This document shows, in pieces, positions 14,120 through 31,714 of a DNA stretch of 64,000 bases. The notes below the pieces were generated by a model that was not told where the DNA came from, made no database searches, and worked only from the letters and a program-made list of their open reading frames with translations. Source of the stretch: Camelus dromedarius (lineage: Eukaryota); the NCBI RefSeq assembly GCF_036321535.1, contig NC_087437.1, positions 62,436,001-62,500,000 of the forward strand, in the 5' to 3' direction. Every line of letters starts with the position of its first letter. Position 1 is the first letter of the stretch. The position numbers were made by a program, and so were the translations under genes.

Positions 14120-14657
14120 TGTGAAATATAGTTAATGTACAGCATTCTGTTAGTTTCGGGTGTACCGCATAATGATTTAACATTTATATACATTAGAAAA
14201 TGATCACCATGATAGGTCTAGCAATCATCTGTCCTCATACAGTGTTATTACAGTGTTATTGGCTGTATTCCTTATGCTGTATGTTACAGTCTTGTGACAT
14301 CTTAAAGAACTGGAGTTTTGTACCTCTTAATCCCTTTATCTATTTCCTTCAGCCCCATCCCACTCCCTTTTAGAAACCACCAGTTTATTCTCTGTATCTA
14401 TGAGTCTGTTTTCATTTTATTTTTTGAATGCTTTGCTTTCTAGATTCCATGCAGGATTTGTCTTTCTCTATCTGGATTTTTCACTTAGCATAATACCCTC
14501 CAGACCCATCCATGTTGTCACAAATGGCAACATTTCTTTTTTATGGCTGAGTAATATTCTATTGTGTAAATATATCATATCTTCTTTGTCTATTCATCTA
14601 TCAACTGGACACTTAGTTTGCTTCTATATCTTGGCTATTGTATAATGCTGCAATGAA
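14120..14657 (-). mobile_element. L1 3' end (antisense)
   Basis: Contains tttcacttagcataataccctccagacccatccatgttgtcacaaatggc...ggctattgtataatgctgcaatgaa. Confidence 0.85.
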
Positions 14658-14667
14658 ATTTTCTTGT

Positions 14668-15936
14668 TCCTACCCAATTTAGCCAGACATTGTAAACATC
14701 ACAGCATTTCTGTACTCGGCTCCCCTGGGAACTGTTCAGGAATGAGAATGGGAGGCCCTTCTGCTGTCCACACACACGCTGGCCTGATGCTTGTCCTGCC
14801 TGTGTCTCCGACCCAGCAGTTTTGAGCCTCCACCTTAGGATTTGATTTGCCAGTAAGTCAAGATCTAAACAGTACTTTCAGGCCCTTGGACTTAAAGGGC
14901 TTCAGCAATGCACACTCATATTCCAGTTGCTTGAGGGGTAATGAAAGTCAGGGGCACAATATATAGATTACACAGGCCAGAGTCCTTCTGTCTGGGATAT
15001 TGAATGTCAGGACAGCTATAAACCCCCAGAGCTGGGCTGTGTGGACGTGAAGCCACGTGATGCAGCATGAACGTCACATCAGAAAGATACTAGAGAGATG
15101 CCAGGAAACAGAAATGTAGGTGATTTTTAATGACCACATAAAAACTCACAGTAGGCCTGGGCTCTAACAGCTGGTACAAGACACTCCCTGACAGTTTCAT
15201 GGCTGTTTTCTCAGATCATGTCGTCAGGCCTAAGAGTCCGCTCAGCTCTCTGAGCCTCAGTGTCCTGATCAGGGAAATGGGGATAATAAGTATCGCCTCC
15301 CAGAGTTGTGAGGACTAAAAGGGGGAATTCAAATGAAGACACTCTGAAACTACAAAGGAACAACACAAATCAGTTCTCTTCAATAGGGCCCTGTTGTCAC
15401 CAAAACAAAGACAAACAATTACAGGATTAATGTGTCATTTCAATGCTGACTCACTAGTGACTGGTCCTGAAGATCTTGGACTTGCCCTTAAAGTGTTCCT
15501 GTCATTTCCCCTCCCATCCTTCTCCAGCCTGCACCCCATATCATGAAGGAGTTAATGAGCTCAAAATCGTATGCTCTTTATAGCTAGGAACCAAGACTGT
15601 CCTGTTCAACCTGATACGCTCAGTGCCTGGCAACTAGCAGGCATCACTAAAACAAAGAATAGGTGAGTAAGTGGGTGGACAAATCACCCAACAGAAGAAA
15701 TGATTGAAGTTAAAGTTCCTGGAGATCTACCCCATCCAGTAGCTGAAGGCTGAGGACCAGCTGGGGGTGGATAAATAGGTAGTTATGACATGTACCCGAA
15801 CAGGGACCCTTAGCAAAGATCTCTTGTAGCAAAGCTCCAGCAGGCATTTGTGGACTAAACACTTTAAAGATGCCCAGAAAGCCTTTCACCTGGTGAATTA
15901 TGGGACCATTATACAATGAAATACCACTTAGCAAAT
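14668..15936 (+). repeat. Local segmental duplication, copy B
   Basis: Direct repeat of 3143-4416, lying between the L1 3' end and the L1 ORF2 remnant. Confidence 0.9.
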
Positions 15937-15954
15937 AAAAGGAAGAAAACCAAC

Positions 15955-20530
<4,576 letters not shown>

Positions 20531-22994
20531 CAATAGCAGACTTTATATTAGCAATAGGAAGGAGTTTTGTGTCCTGTCTCTAGTCTCTTAGGAAATGCCA
20601 ATGCTTCATCACTTTATTTTTAAAATACCAATGCAACACATCATATCAAAATAAGAAGACAAAAATGGACTTTCAAGTATCATGCTTTTGAATCCAACAT
20701 GGATTAGTTACTAAATTTGATGGCAAAGCATTATTTATTAGGCAGTGACACTATAGGTAGGGCTAAAATAATAGATTATGTTAACATTTCCATACCAAGG
20801 ATTTATCACAATATTCCCAACTCACAGGAAAGCAGCCATCAGGAAAAACAGAAATTTTTAAATGGAATATCTCATTACAGAAGAATTCCATCATAAAATT
20901 AAATAATGAAAATAAGCCTATAATCAAAGAAAGTTTCCATGTGGCTCATTTATTAGCCAAGCAAAGGAAGCCATGTAGGGATGAGTTAAATTGTATTTGT
21001 TTACAGCAGCCAAGGAGATATGTCTAGAAATAAAGAAATGTGCTTAAGACTCTTTCAGCCAGAACAGTTGCTCAGAAAGTTGAGAACATTGGGAACAGTG
21101 TCAATGGCCAATTAATAAACAAGGAAAATAATTCTGAGTGGTTTTCCTTGGCTCTTGATGAGCTGACAGATGTCACCAGGACTACTCAGTTGTTGTTTAT
21201 TCAAGGAGTCAGTGACAAGTTTGAAGTAACTGAAGAATTAGATTCTATGGGCAGCCTCTGTGGAACAACTATAGGAAACAATATTTTCAAAACGGAATTA
21301 TACACATTGAGTGAGTTGCATGATATGTGAATTTAATCTCAATAAAGCTCTTGTTTGAAAGAGGATATTTTCAAAAATTTGAGAAAACTCTATTTTCAGA
21401 ATAAACTGAAGTAGAATCTGCTAAGATATATAACAACTAAAGGTGGTAGAAATATGTGTAAAGCAGAAAAAGCTATAGTTGGACTCATTTATAAAGTTTG
21501 TGAAAATGTTAGGCATTTAAAGCCTATGGTTATTCATTGTATTAGTTATAAATAAGTATTTTGTGGAAAATATTTGTATACATCATATATTGTAAGCTGG
21601 TAGTGTAACTTCATTCACTATCAGTGGACTTAACCATCACTGTTTCCGTGAATTTTTAATCCAGTACAGAAGATAATATCCTGATTTAATCTACTATAAA
21701 GCAGTTGGATGGCTTAATATTAGCAAACTTTTATTGCAAGTTTTTGAGCAAAGGGCAAAAATTTGAATCTGAATGAGAAGAACCACTCTCAACCACTATC
21801 ATCAAACAAGAATGACTTTTGAAGGTATCTTCTGCTAAAGACTTGATCATGCTTCTTAATGAATTCAACTTATAGTTAAAACCCAAAAAAGCAATACATG
21901 CAAATTTTATACTGTGGAAAAGTCATTTTTATAGCAATCTAATAATTTTATGTAATTCACAAGTAATATCAAGCTAAATTCTATACTTCACATGTAGTCT
22001 AAAATTAAAATGAGAAGCAAGATATTCCTTCCCACACATGTTTGCAGCAGACATATATTCTGAATTTAAACCACAGTTCCAGCTCTGCTTTTTGATTTCA
22101 ATGCAAGTGCAAAGAAACTTTCTGTATTTCAAAATCTGTTTTACTATGCAATTGAGGAGCATCTACCTAACATTCAATTGGAAATGATTAATTTGCAATG
22201 TAATGGCTGCTAAAGGGCAACTACCAATAGAAGAATCTAATAGATTCCTATAGCTGCCTTCTGAGCAGTGGATATACTTAATGAAAATTACATGCTGGTG
22301 GGCAAATATCAGCATTTGGCACTATAGCCTCTGAGTATGAAAAGACATTTTTGAAGATGAAATACATGAATTTCATTATAAATCAGCATTAACAGTTGAA
22401 CATTTGTGATCAGTTTTAATGACATAGGGAACCTAATTCTGAACGTCAGTTAAGCAAACTAACCCCCCCTACCAAAATGATTCTATTCTCTATTAGTAAA
22501 CCAGTATTAACAAAAGTTGTGCTCAGTTATTATTCTATTTTAAATTTCATCAATATATTTTTTTGAAATTTGTTTTCTCTCTTGTTATATAAATGTCTAC
22601 ATAATAATCTCAGTTTTGCCTCTTGGCCCACAAAGCCTAAAATACTATCCAGCCCTTTATTGGAAAAGGTTGCTAACCCAGATCTAAGTTAAAGTCTCAC
22701 CTGTGCTCCTGATTCCTAGCTAAAATATGTGTGTTATAATAGTAAGTCACCTTCATGGTTTTGAGCTAAGAAGTGTAAACTATGTACAATGGTGACATGT
22801 GGTAGGTGCTTTTTAAGTTGTTATGAACATTAATAAACTCTATTTCTATAACTCTTCTGAGCTATACAGAGTTGTGATCATTACCAAGCTTGTCTGTAGG
22901 CAGAGGGAGGCCATTGGTGAAGAAAATTTTCCTTTAAGCCAGTCCTCTTTAAAATTGCCCTGGAGGGGTTTCCACCTAATCCATCCCAGCTTGC

Positions 22995-23690
22995 TTTTTT
23001 AAATTTTAGTTTTGAGGTAGCAGGTTTATTAAGATACGATTCATATATCATGCAATACACCCATTTAAATTCAATGCAGCACCACAACCAATTTTAGAAC
23101 ATTTCCGTCATCCCAGAAAGAAACCCATACTTCTTAGCCATCATCCCCTCATCCTCCCACCTCCCCCCTAGCCCTAGGGAACATATAATCCATTTTCTCT
23201 CTCTATAGATTTGCCTATCCTGGACATTTGCTATAAATGGAATCACACAATATGTGGTCTTTTGGGACTGGTTTATCTCACCGAGCATATTATTCTCAAG
23301 CTTTATCCACACGGTAGCATGTATCAGTCCTTCATTCCTTTTCATGGTGGAACAGTGTTCCATTGACTAAATGTACTACATTTTGTTCATCCATTCATCA
23401 GTGATGAAGACTGGGTTCTTTCCGTCTTTTGGACATCATGAATAACAAACTCATGTACAAAATTTTGTGTGGACATTTTTTCCTTTCTCTTAGGAAGAAG
23501 TGGAATTGCTGGGTGACGTGGTAACTCTATGTCTAACTTTTTGAGGAACTGCCAGACTGTTGTCCAAAGTGGCTGCACCGTTTTACTCCCTACCAGCACT
23601 GTGTGAGGATTCCAGTTCTCCACATTCTCACCAACACTTGCAGTTACTGTCTTTTTGATCACAGCCATCCTGGTGATGAAAATGTGATAC
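22995..23690 (-). mobile_element. Old L1M 3' fragment (antisense)
   Basis: Minus-strand translation TTVWQFLKKLDIELPRHPAIPLL (ORF2 C-terminus) plus 3' UTR motifs. Confidence 0.85.
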
Positions 23691-26600
23691 CCAGCTCACT
23701 TTTAATTCTCTGGGAGTGGGTACTGGGGAAAACCACTCTCCTCACCTCTCCACACTGGGACCCGTTGCGGACAACACCCTGGGAACCCAGCCCTGCAAGA
23801 GCACTGGAGTATTTCCACTAAAATTTAAGTTTTTCTCAGAGAAGAAAAGATTCTCAGAGATTGTGCCTCGGAGGTACCTAGTTTTTCCATTCATAAAACC
23901 CACACATTTATGCCACCCTCTGGGTAGGCATTATTGAGAGATCTGGAAATATTTTTCAAGGAACTCCACATAGTTACAGGGCAGATTATTACAGGGCATC
24001 TTGACTCAGCAGGAGCCAGGACAAGATGGCTTCCAGAGAGAAGTTCTGCAGACATTCCCTCCCAGCCCCACCTCCCACCACCCACTCCCCATCCCTGTGA
24101 TTTACAGAGACACCAGGAACCTTCTGGGGAGAGACCCAGGGCAGGTGGGAGAGCGTTTCCATAAAGGAAGGGAGGCAGACCCCGCATCATGGGAGGAGGT
24201 CAGAGGGGAGGGTGGTTTCTGGCCCTGCCCTGTGTGGCAGCTGCTGTCCAGGCTGGAGCAGAGATGGGGATATTGGCCCTCAAAGAAAGTCAGTCAGTTG
24301 AGGGCTCTGTATCGTGGGCCCCCGTTTGCTGGCCTCTGCTGGTGGTGATTCCTGGGTGCATTTTGCAGAGTGTTCCAGAGTGAGGACTTCCCACTGCTGC
24401 TCCCTCCACACCTTCAGCATGTCCTTCACAGCCCTTTGCAGAGTTACCGCAGAGACGCTCGTTTCAGATTACCACTCCATCCCCAGAGCCTGGGACAGCG
24501 TCTGGCACTTGTAGATGCTCAAGAGTATTTAGTGAATAAAGGAAAACATCAGAACCCGACACGGGCTGGTGGAACCCCAGCATAGCTCCTCATTGTATAT
24601 ACTGTTTTGTAATTATTCATACTTAGTAAACGCAGCATTGTTGAAAATTTCCTTTGTCATAATGACTACATTTGTCTTAACCGAGCTCCAGCTTTTGGAT
24701 ATTTGCATAGTTTCAAATATTTTCCTATGAAACATAATAGTGATACATCCTTGTAGCACTGTCTTTGAGCACATGTCTGGCTGCTTCCTTGGGATACATT
24801 CCTGGAATTGCTGGATCAAGCGTTAAGTCCATGTTAAAGTTCTGGGATACATATTGACAGATTTCCTTTCCCCCAAAGGCTGTGTACGAGGCCTGTTTCC
24901 CACACACCGTGGTCCACAGCAAGCAGTATCATTCTTTTCATCTTTGTCAGCAAAATAGGCCCACAGTCAGAATATCTAATTGATTCCTGGTGCTTTGCCG
25001 CCTCCCAGGAAATAGCTTACGAATGGGTGCCCAAGTTTGAAGCACCTCAGAGCCCTTGACGTCTTTGTGTGTGAGAGAGAAAATCTCAAGAGGAGAGCTC
25101 ACCCACAGTCCTGCCTCCCAACAAGTCAAAGCACATTAATTTGTCCATGTTTGCTTCCAGGGCCCATCTTTACAGAGGCACAGTGTTCACGCACTTGGCT
25201 GTATAGTCGGAACCCTGCCTTTTTCACATGCCTGAGTAGAATAAGCACCCTCCCCTACTGCTGCTTTCATCTTCACCCTGTGCGACGCTGGCATACGTTT
25301 CATCAAGGACAGTCACCGCATTTATTCCTCTGCTCTTGGGAATTAATAGTTGTTTCTAATTTTATAATACACATAATAGTGCAGCACATGAACTTGTATG
25401 TATAATTTTCCCTTCATTTGAAAATGTTTCCTTCGGCTAGAGTCCTAGAGGTGAGTTTCTCGGTCAAAAGGTAAGAATATTTTTTATGGTTCTTAATGTC
25501 TGTTTCTGAATCGCCTTTTGAAGCAGACATAGCATTTGTAAGCATGTTAAATTATCTACACCCCCCAGAACTGAACATTGTCAATGTGAACATTTCTAAC
25601 AGCTGTAAAATGTTATTTTACTCTTGTTTTTGTAGTAGCATGTCTTTAAAATGAATGAAAAGTCAAGTATGTTCCCCACATTTCTTTACTAATTTATTTT
25701 CTGTTTGTGAATTATTTGATTATGACAACCAACTTTGGGAAAATAAATTATCCAAATGCATGTTGAGTCTGAAGACCCAGGACAATATCTATTTACTTGG
25801 CATCCCTGCTCCCTGCACCTGCAACAGACTGGATGATACTCGTCCATTCTTTCCTTTATTCCATAAATATTTACTGAGCACCTGCTTGTGCCGGGTGTTC
25901 TGGGTGCTGGGGGCAGAGGCATGAACAAGACAGGGAAGCTCTGCTGGGAGACGAGGCACGAGACAGGGCTCTCACGGGCAGCAGACAACTGAACCAGCAA
26001 AAAGAAAAATAGTTTCATCCTGTAATGAGGCCACAGAGGAAATGAACTGGGGATCGATAGTCAGGTGGCTCTTTTACAGGAGACCACCAAGGAGAACACT
26101 CCTGTCATTCTTCTGCTCACTCTCTATTTAATTATTTTCTGTCTACCCCTCCGCCCCTATAAACCCCAAGAGAGTAGAGACCTCCATTATCTTGTCCACT
26201 GCTTCATATTCAGAGGCTGAGAGATGTACAGAGGTGCCTCAAGTATCCGATATCAATTGAAGAGCTGCCTGAATGTTATTCCTGTAGAGTATCCATTTGG
26301 TGAAAGTTAATTTCAGTAGATGTGAATGCCAGGATTGGACATGGTTCTGTCAAAGTGGCACCAATTAAACACCTGAGTTGGGAAGATTGCTTTCCCACAA
26401 GCCATTTCTGTGGGAATGGTTTACTGCATTAGAGAGGAAAATAAATGATCAACTTCATTGTTATCAAAATATGATATTGACAATTAGTATTAGTGAATCT
26501 GGAAAGACTATAGCATGGAAAATACTTACCAAGGGACTAGAATTAGCGAGAAGCAGTGAAGGGCAGTTAAAATTTCTTGCAACACTTGATTCTGTAGACA

Positions 26601-28120
26601 GAAAAAATTTGGTGAGTCTTGTTATTTAATCTTGATAGCAATTTTTAGGTATCTAATGATCCTTCCAAAGCCTTAGAACCTTATGATAGTACCACCATGT
26701 TACAGAACGAGAGTAGCTGAAGAGGGGTCCTTGACAGATCAAATTCCAGTCCTAAATGGCTTTGACACAGCTCCCTTCTGTTTACCCTATGTTTGAGTAG
26801 TCAGATATAATTTTAGATTAATGGGCATGTCCTGTCCTTCTCCATAGTCAATAGGCCATTGATAAAGTCCCTGCTGACAAACAGTTCTGTGGTTACCAGG
26901 TAATTATGGGTAAATTTAGCTCTTTTTAGCTGATTCTGTGACAAAGTCACCTACATATAATGTTTCTACAGGAAAATGGAGTCTGTGTCCTCAACTTACA
27001 GATAAATATCTAGGATATAGCTGGTGAGGTGCTAATTAATATCGCCCCTTTACTTTGCCCAGGTTTTGAATGATGTGAGAAATAGGACAAAGAATATGGT
27101 AGACGGAGAGGAACTATCACTTTCAACAGGAGTTTATTTTGGAGAATGTGATTTAGGGCTTCCTAGTCCTGCATCCTTACCCTCCCAGCTACAACCAGCC
27201 TGAATACCCAGGTTTGCCCCCCAGAAGGGAAAAGGCACATCAGAGGTGAGTTTTCCCAGTTTATTCTTCTGAAACAACTCACTACACCTCACGCAGGGCC
27301 AGTGAATAAAGGCACGCAGAGAGGCCAGGAGCATGATGCTCACCGAGCTGCCTCCACGTGGAAGGAGACGTGGGCAGGAGGGAGAGCACGTCCCTGCTGA
27401 GAGGCTCTGCGTACATCATCTCTCTGAGCCTGGGAAGTGGTGGACTGGGATGAAGGAGACTGAGAAGGATGGCTGTGGAGTCACACTCTCAGGACTGACT
27501 GCCTGACCTTGTTGCCCATGTTTCCCGGGGAAGGCCAGGGAAGCGTCAGGAAGGCAGGTGCTAGCAGACCTGCATCCCTCCCTGGTCACTCTTCCTGTGT
27601 CCTCAGCAGAGAAGTGGGACAAACCATGGTAGCATCGACCCTGCTACAATAGTATGGCATTAGTAGACACTGGCAGTAGAGCTCTGTGGATATTACTCTC
27701 TTGCTGTCTTGAAGCCAGAAGAGGATAGAGCGGTGGGCTCCTCCTGGTTCAGGAGACAGGATTTGAGTCCCTACATCTGAGACTCTGCAGCCAATTATAT
27801 GACCTCTGGCCACTTTCTCCATTTTCTTAAATTCCTGGTTAGCCTTTTATAAAGTGGATGTAGTAGGCAGAAGTGTCATGGAAAAATCCAGAAAGGGAGA
27901 ACATATTGCAACACATACATAAAGACCCCTGACAACTCAAAAATAAGACAAACAATTCCATTTGAAATTGGCAAATGGTAGAACAAAATATCTTTGAAAA
28001 GAAGAGATATGAATGGCTAATAAGCACTTGAAAAGATGCTCAGCATCATTTGTCATTGGGAGATACACCTTAAAACCAAAGTGAGATGCCACTACATACC
28101 CTTTAGAATGATTGATATTA

Positions 28121-31100
28121 TTTTTTTAATTGAAGTATAGTTAGTTACAATGTGTCAATTTCTGTTGTACAGCATAATGTCCCAGTCACGCATGTACATA
28201 CATATATTTGTTTTCATATTCTTTTTCATTAAAGGTTATTACAAGGTATTGAATATAGTTCTCTGTGCTATACAGAAGAAATTTGTTTATATCTATTTTT
28301 ATATATTGTAGTTAACATTTGTGAATCTCAAACTCCCAAATTTATCCCTTCCCACCCCTTTTCCCCCAGTAACCATAACATTATTTACTATGTCTGTGAG
28401 TTTGTTTCTGTTTTATAGATGAGTTCATTAGGGTCCTCTTTTTTTCTTTTTCTTTTTTTTGAAATTCCACATATGAATGATATCCTATGGTATTGTTCTT
28501 TCTCTTTCCGGTTTACTTCACTTGGAATGACCATCTCCAGGTCCATCCATGTTGCTGCAAATGGCATTATTTTATTTGTTTTTATCATTGAGCAGTATTC
28601 CATTGTATAAATATACCACAACTTTTTTTTTAACATTTTTTAATTGAGTAATAGTCATTTTACAATGTTGTGTCAAATTCCACTGTAGAGCACAATTCTT
28701 CAGTCATACATGAACATACGTATATTCATTGTCACATTTTTTTTTTCACTGTGAGCTACCACAAGATCTTGTATATATTTCCCTGTGCTATACAGTATGA
28801 TCTTATTTATCTATTCTACATTTTAAAATCCCACTCTGTCCCTTCCCATCCTCCACCCCCTTGGCAACCACAAGTTTGTATTCTATGTCTATGAGTCTGT
28901 TTCTGTTTTGTATTTTTTTTTTTTTTTTTTTTTTTTAGATTCCACATATGAGCGATCTCATATGGTATTTTTCTTTCTCTTTCTGGCTTACTTCACTTAG
29001 AATGACATTCTCCAGGAACGTCCATGTTGCTGCAAATGGCATTATGTTTTTACGGCTGAACAGTATTCCATCATATAAATATACCACCTCTTCTTTATAC
29101 AGTCATCTTTTGATGGACATTTAGGCTGTTTCCATGTCTTGGCTATTGTAAATAGTGCTGCTATGAACATTGGGGTGCGGGTGTCATTTTGAAGTAGGGT
29201 TCCTTCTGGATATATGCCCAGGAGTGGGATTCCTGGGTCATATGGTAAGTCTATTCCTAGTCTTTTGAGGAATCTCCATACTGTTTTCCACAGTGGCTTT
29301 CCTTGCTTCTCTCTCCCACTCTTAATGATTTAGATGTCTTCTTTTACATTTTTGTGTTTATTCTATTTGGAATTCATGGTAGTTATCACCTTTCTAGTTA
29401 TGAGTTTCTCATTTTTGTAGCATCCTGCTTCTTTTCTATTTAGAGTAGACCTGTCAATATTTCTTTTAGGTTTAGGGTTGCTAAACTCTTTTAGTTTTTG
29501 CTTGTCTGTGAAGTTCTTTATCTCTTTCTGTTCTAAAGGCTAGCCTTGCTGGATTGAGTATCCTAGGCTGCATCTTTTTTTCATGCAGAACTTTGAGTAT
29601 ATCTTGCCACTCCCTTCTGGCCTATAGTGTTTGTGTAGAGAAATCAGCTGAGAGCCTTATGGGGGTTCCCTTGTAACTCACTCTTTGTTTTTCTCTTGCT
29701 GCCTTTAGGATCATTTCTTTATCCTTGACTCTGGCCATCTTGATTATGGTATGTCTTGGTGTGGGTCTGTTTGGGTTCTTCCTGTTTGGGGCCCTCTGAT
29801 TCTCCTGTACTTGGATATCTGATTCCTTCTTTAGGTTTGGGAAGTTTTCAGTCATGATATCTTCAAATACCTTTTCAATCCCCTTTGTTCTTTCTCCCCC
29901 TTCTGGAACCCCTATTATGTGTAGATTGGCATACTTTATATTATCCCATAGGTTCCTTATATTGTTTTCATTGTTTTTTATTTGTTTTTCTCTCAGCTGT
30001 TCTGATTGGGTGCTTTCTGTTGGCCTGTCTTCTAGGTCACTTATTCGTTCCTCTGCATTATCTAGCCTGCTTTGTACAGCCTTTAGGTCAGCTCTCATCT
30101 CAGCAAATGAGTTTACTAATTCTACTTGGTTCTTCTTTATAGCTTCTATTTCATTTTTGACATATTTTATATCTAAACACTATTTCTTTTAGTTCCTTCA
30201 GTACTTTGATCAGTCCTTTTTTGAAATCTTGATCTAGTAGACCATCAATATCTATTTCCTTGATCGTGCTTTCAGGGGATTTCTCTTGATCTTTTAATTG
30301 GGAGTGGTTCCTCTGCTTCTTCATATTGCTCATATCTCTCTGGCACCAGTGGGTGGGCAGGCAGGTCACTCCCCATCCCGATGTCGCAGTCAGATGCTGA
30401 TCTCAGGTGAGGCAGGTGGGTGCATTGTGCCCCCTCCCAGCACCGTGGTCAGGTGCTGCATTACTGCCAGGAAGGCAGGTGGCCACCTGCCCTCTCCCAG
30501 CTCCAATCGCTCCACTGCTCTGAGCAGCTGCCTGCTCCGCCTTGGGTCAGCACTCTGAAGATGGGCTCAGGGAAGACCATGGAACCACCCTGCCCCTGCT
30601 CCATGCCAAATCTCAGCTCCTTGTTTGTCTTGGTGCCGCGAGTTCTCTGAGGTGCCAGGGCAGAAAAAGCCTATCTGTCGTGGGCTGTAAACAAGTCTCA
30701 GTCCTGCCTAGGAGGTTGCAGAGCCCCCTGGGTGTGGATTCAGGTCTCGGCCCTGCCCCTGCCCGGGCACTGCACACAGGAGGATATGGTGGCTGTGGCT
30801 GCGCCCTGCCTCTCTTCTCGTGAGAAGCTCCAATAATGGTGCTGTGGGTCTGAGGAGACAAAGGCTACACACCCCTGCCCCCAGGGCACACCAGCTGTGT
30901 TGCTTTGCTTTTTTCGCAATTTATGGGAGACCGAGGTTGTTCTGCTCCATATCCCCTCCCAGCCAGGGGGCGCAGCACCCTGCAGTCCCCTGGGGCTACC
31001 TAGTGCAGCTGCCCCAGTCCTCCACCCAGCTCAGGCAGCCTGGCCCGGCCCCAGCTGCCAGATCGTGTCTCAGGCTGGGTGTTGCGGGGACCCTTTGTGC

Positions 31101-31714
31101 CCCTTTAACTTAGTTCTGTCAGTCAAGGGGTGCTCCAGGCAGATCTGAGCCTCAGAGGCTCCCCCTCCAACCTGCTGGCCTCTCCTTTGAGAGGGGGAGA
31201 CCCAGAGAACGAGCACTAGTCCTCCCTTGCCAGTCCCTCCCTGCAGGACCACTCCTGCACTGCTTTGCTTTTTCTTCTTTCTTTTTTCCTTTTCTCCTAC
31301 CAGATTTTTGGTGTCTTTGTCTTTTGAAGAGGGCAATGTTCTGTCAGAGTTCAGCAGGTTAGTTGGCTCTGGTTGGCTGAGTGGGTCCATAGATGTGAGT
31401 TTTGGTGTATTTGTGGGAGAGGGTGAGCTACAAGCGTCCTTCAACTCTGCCATCTTGCTTCTCCCACGCTCACAACTTCTTTATCCAGTCATCTGTCGAT
31501 GGACAATTAGATTGTTTCCATGTCTTGGCTATTGTATATAGTGCTGCTGTGAACACTGGGGGTGCTGCTATGAACATATATCTTTTCACATTAGAGTTCC
31601 CTCGGGTTATATGCCCAGGAGTGGGATTGCTGGATCATATGGTAAGTCTGTTTTTAGTTTTTTGAGAAATCACCATACTGTTTTCCATAATGGCTGCATC
31701 AAACTACATTCCCA
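28121..31714 (-). mobile_element. 5'-truncated L1 (antisense; pieces 28121-28624 and 31471-31714) with a 17-bp TSD
   Basis: TSD tagaatgattgatatta (28104-28120) and tagaatggtttatatta (31715-31731), 15/17 identical. Poly-T at 28121. Translation KLWYIYTMEYCSMIKTNKIMPFAATWMDLE. Confidence 0.85.
28625..31470 (-). mobile_element. ORF1-only L1 derivative (5' UTR + ORF1 joined directly to the 3' end; ORF2 almost entirely absent)
   Basis: TSD cacaactt at 28617-28624 and 31471-31478. GC-rich 5' UTR at ~30340-31470. Disrupted ORF1 at ~30333-29439 (MSNMKKQRNHSQLK...RLDNAEERISDLEDR...RPTPRHTIIKM...IRLSADFSTQTL...LKEILTGLL*). Junction to the L1 3' end at 29296/29297. Confidence 0.88.

Noticed and set aside
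21040..21330. GTF2IRD2-like ORF as a domesticated gene
   Set aside because: Only a short open stretch in a transposase fossil riddled with stops and frameshifts.
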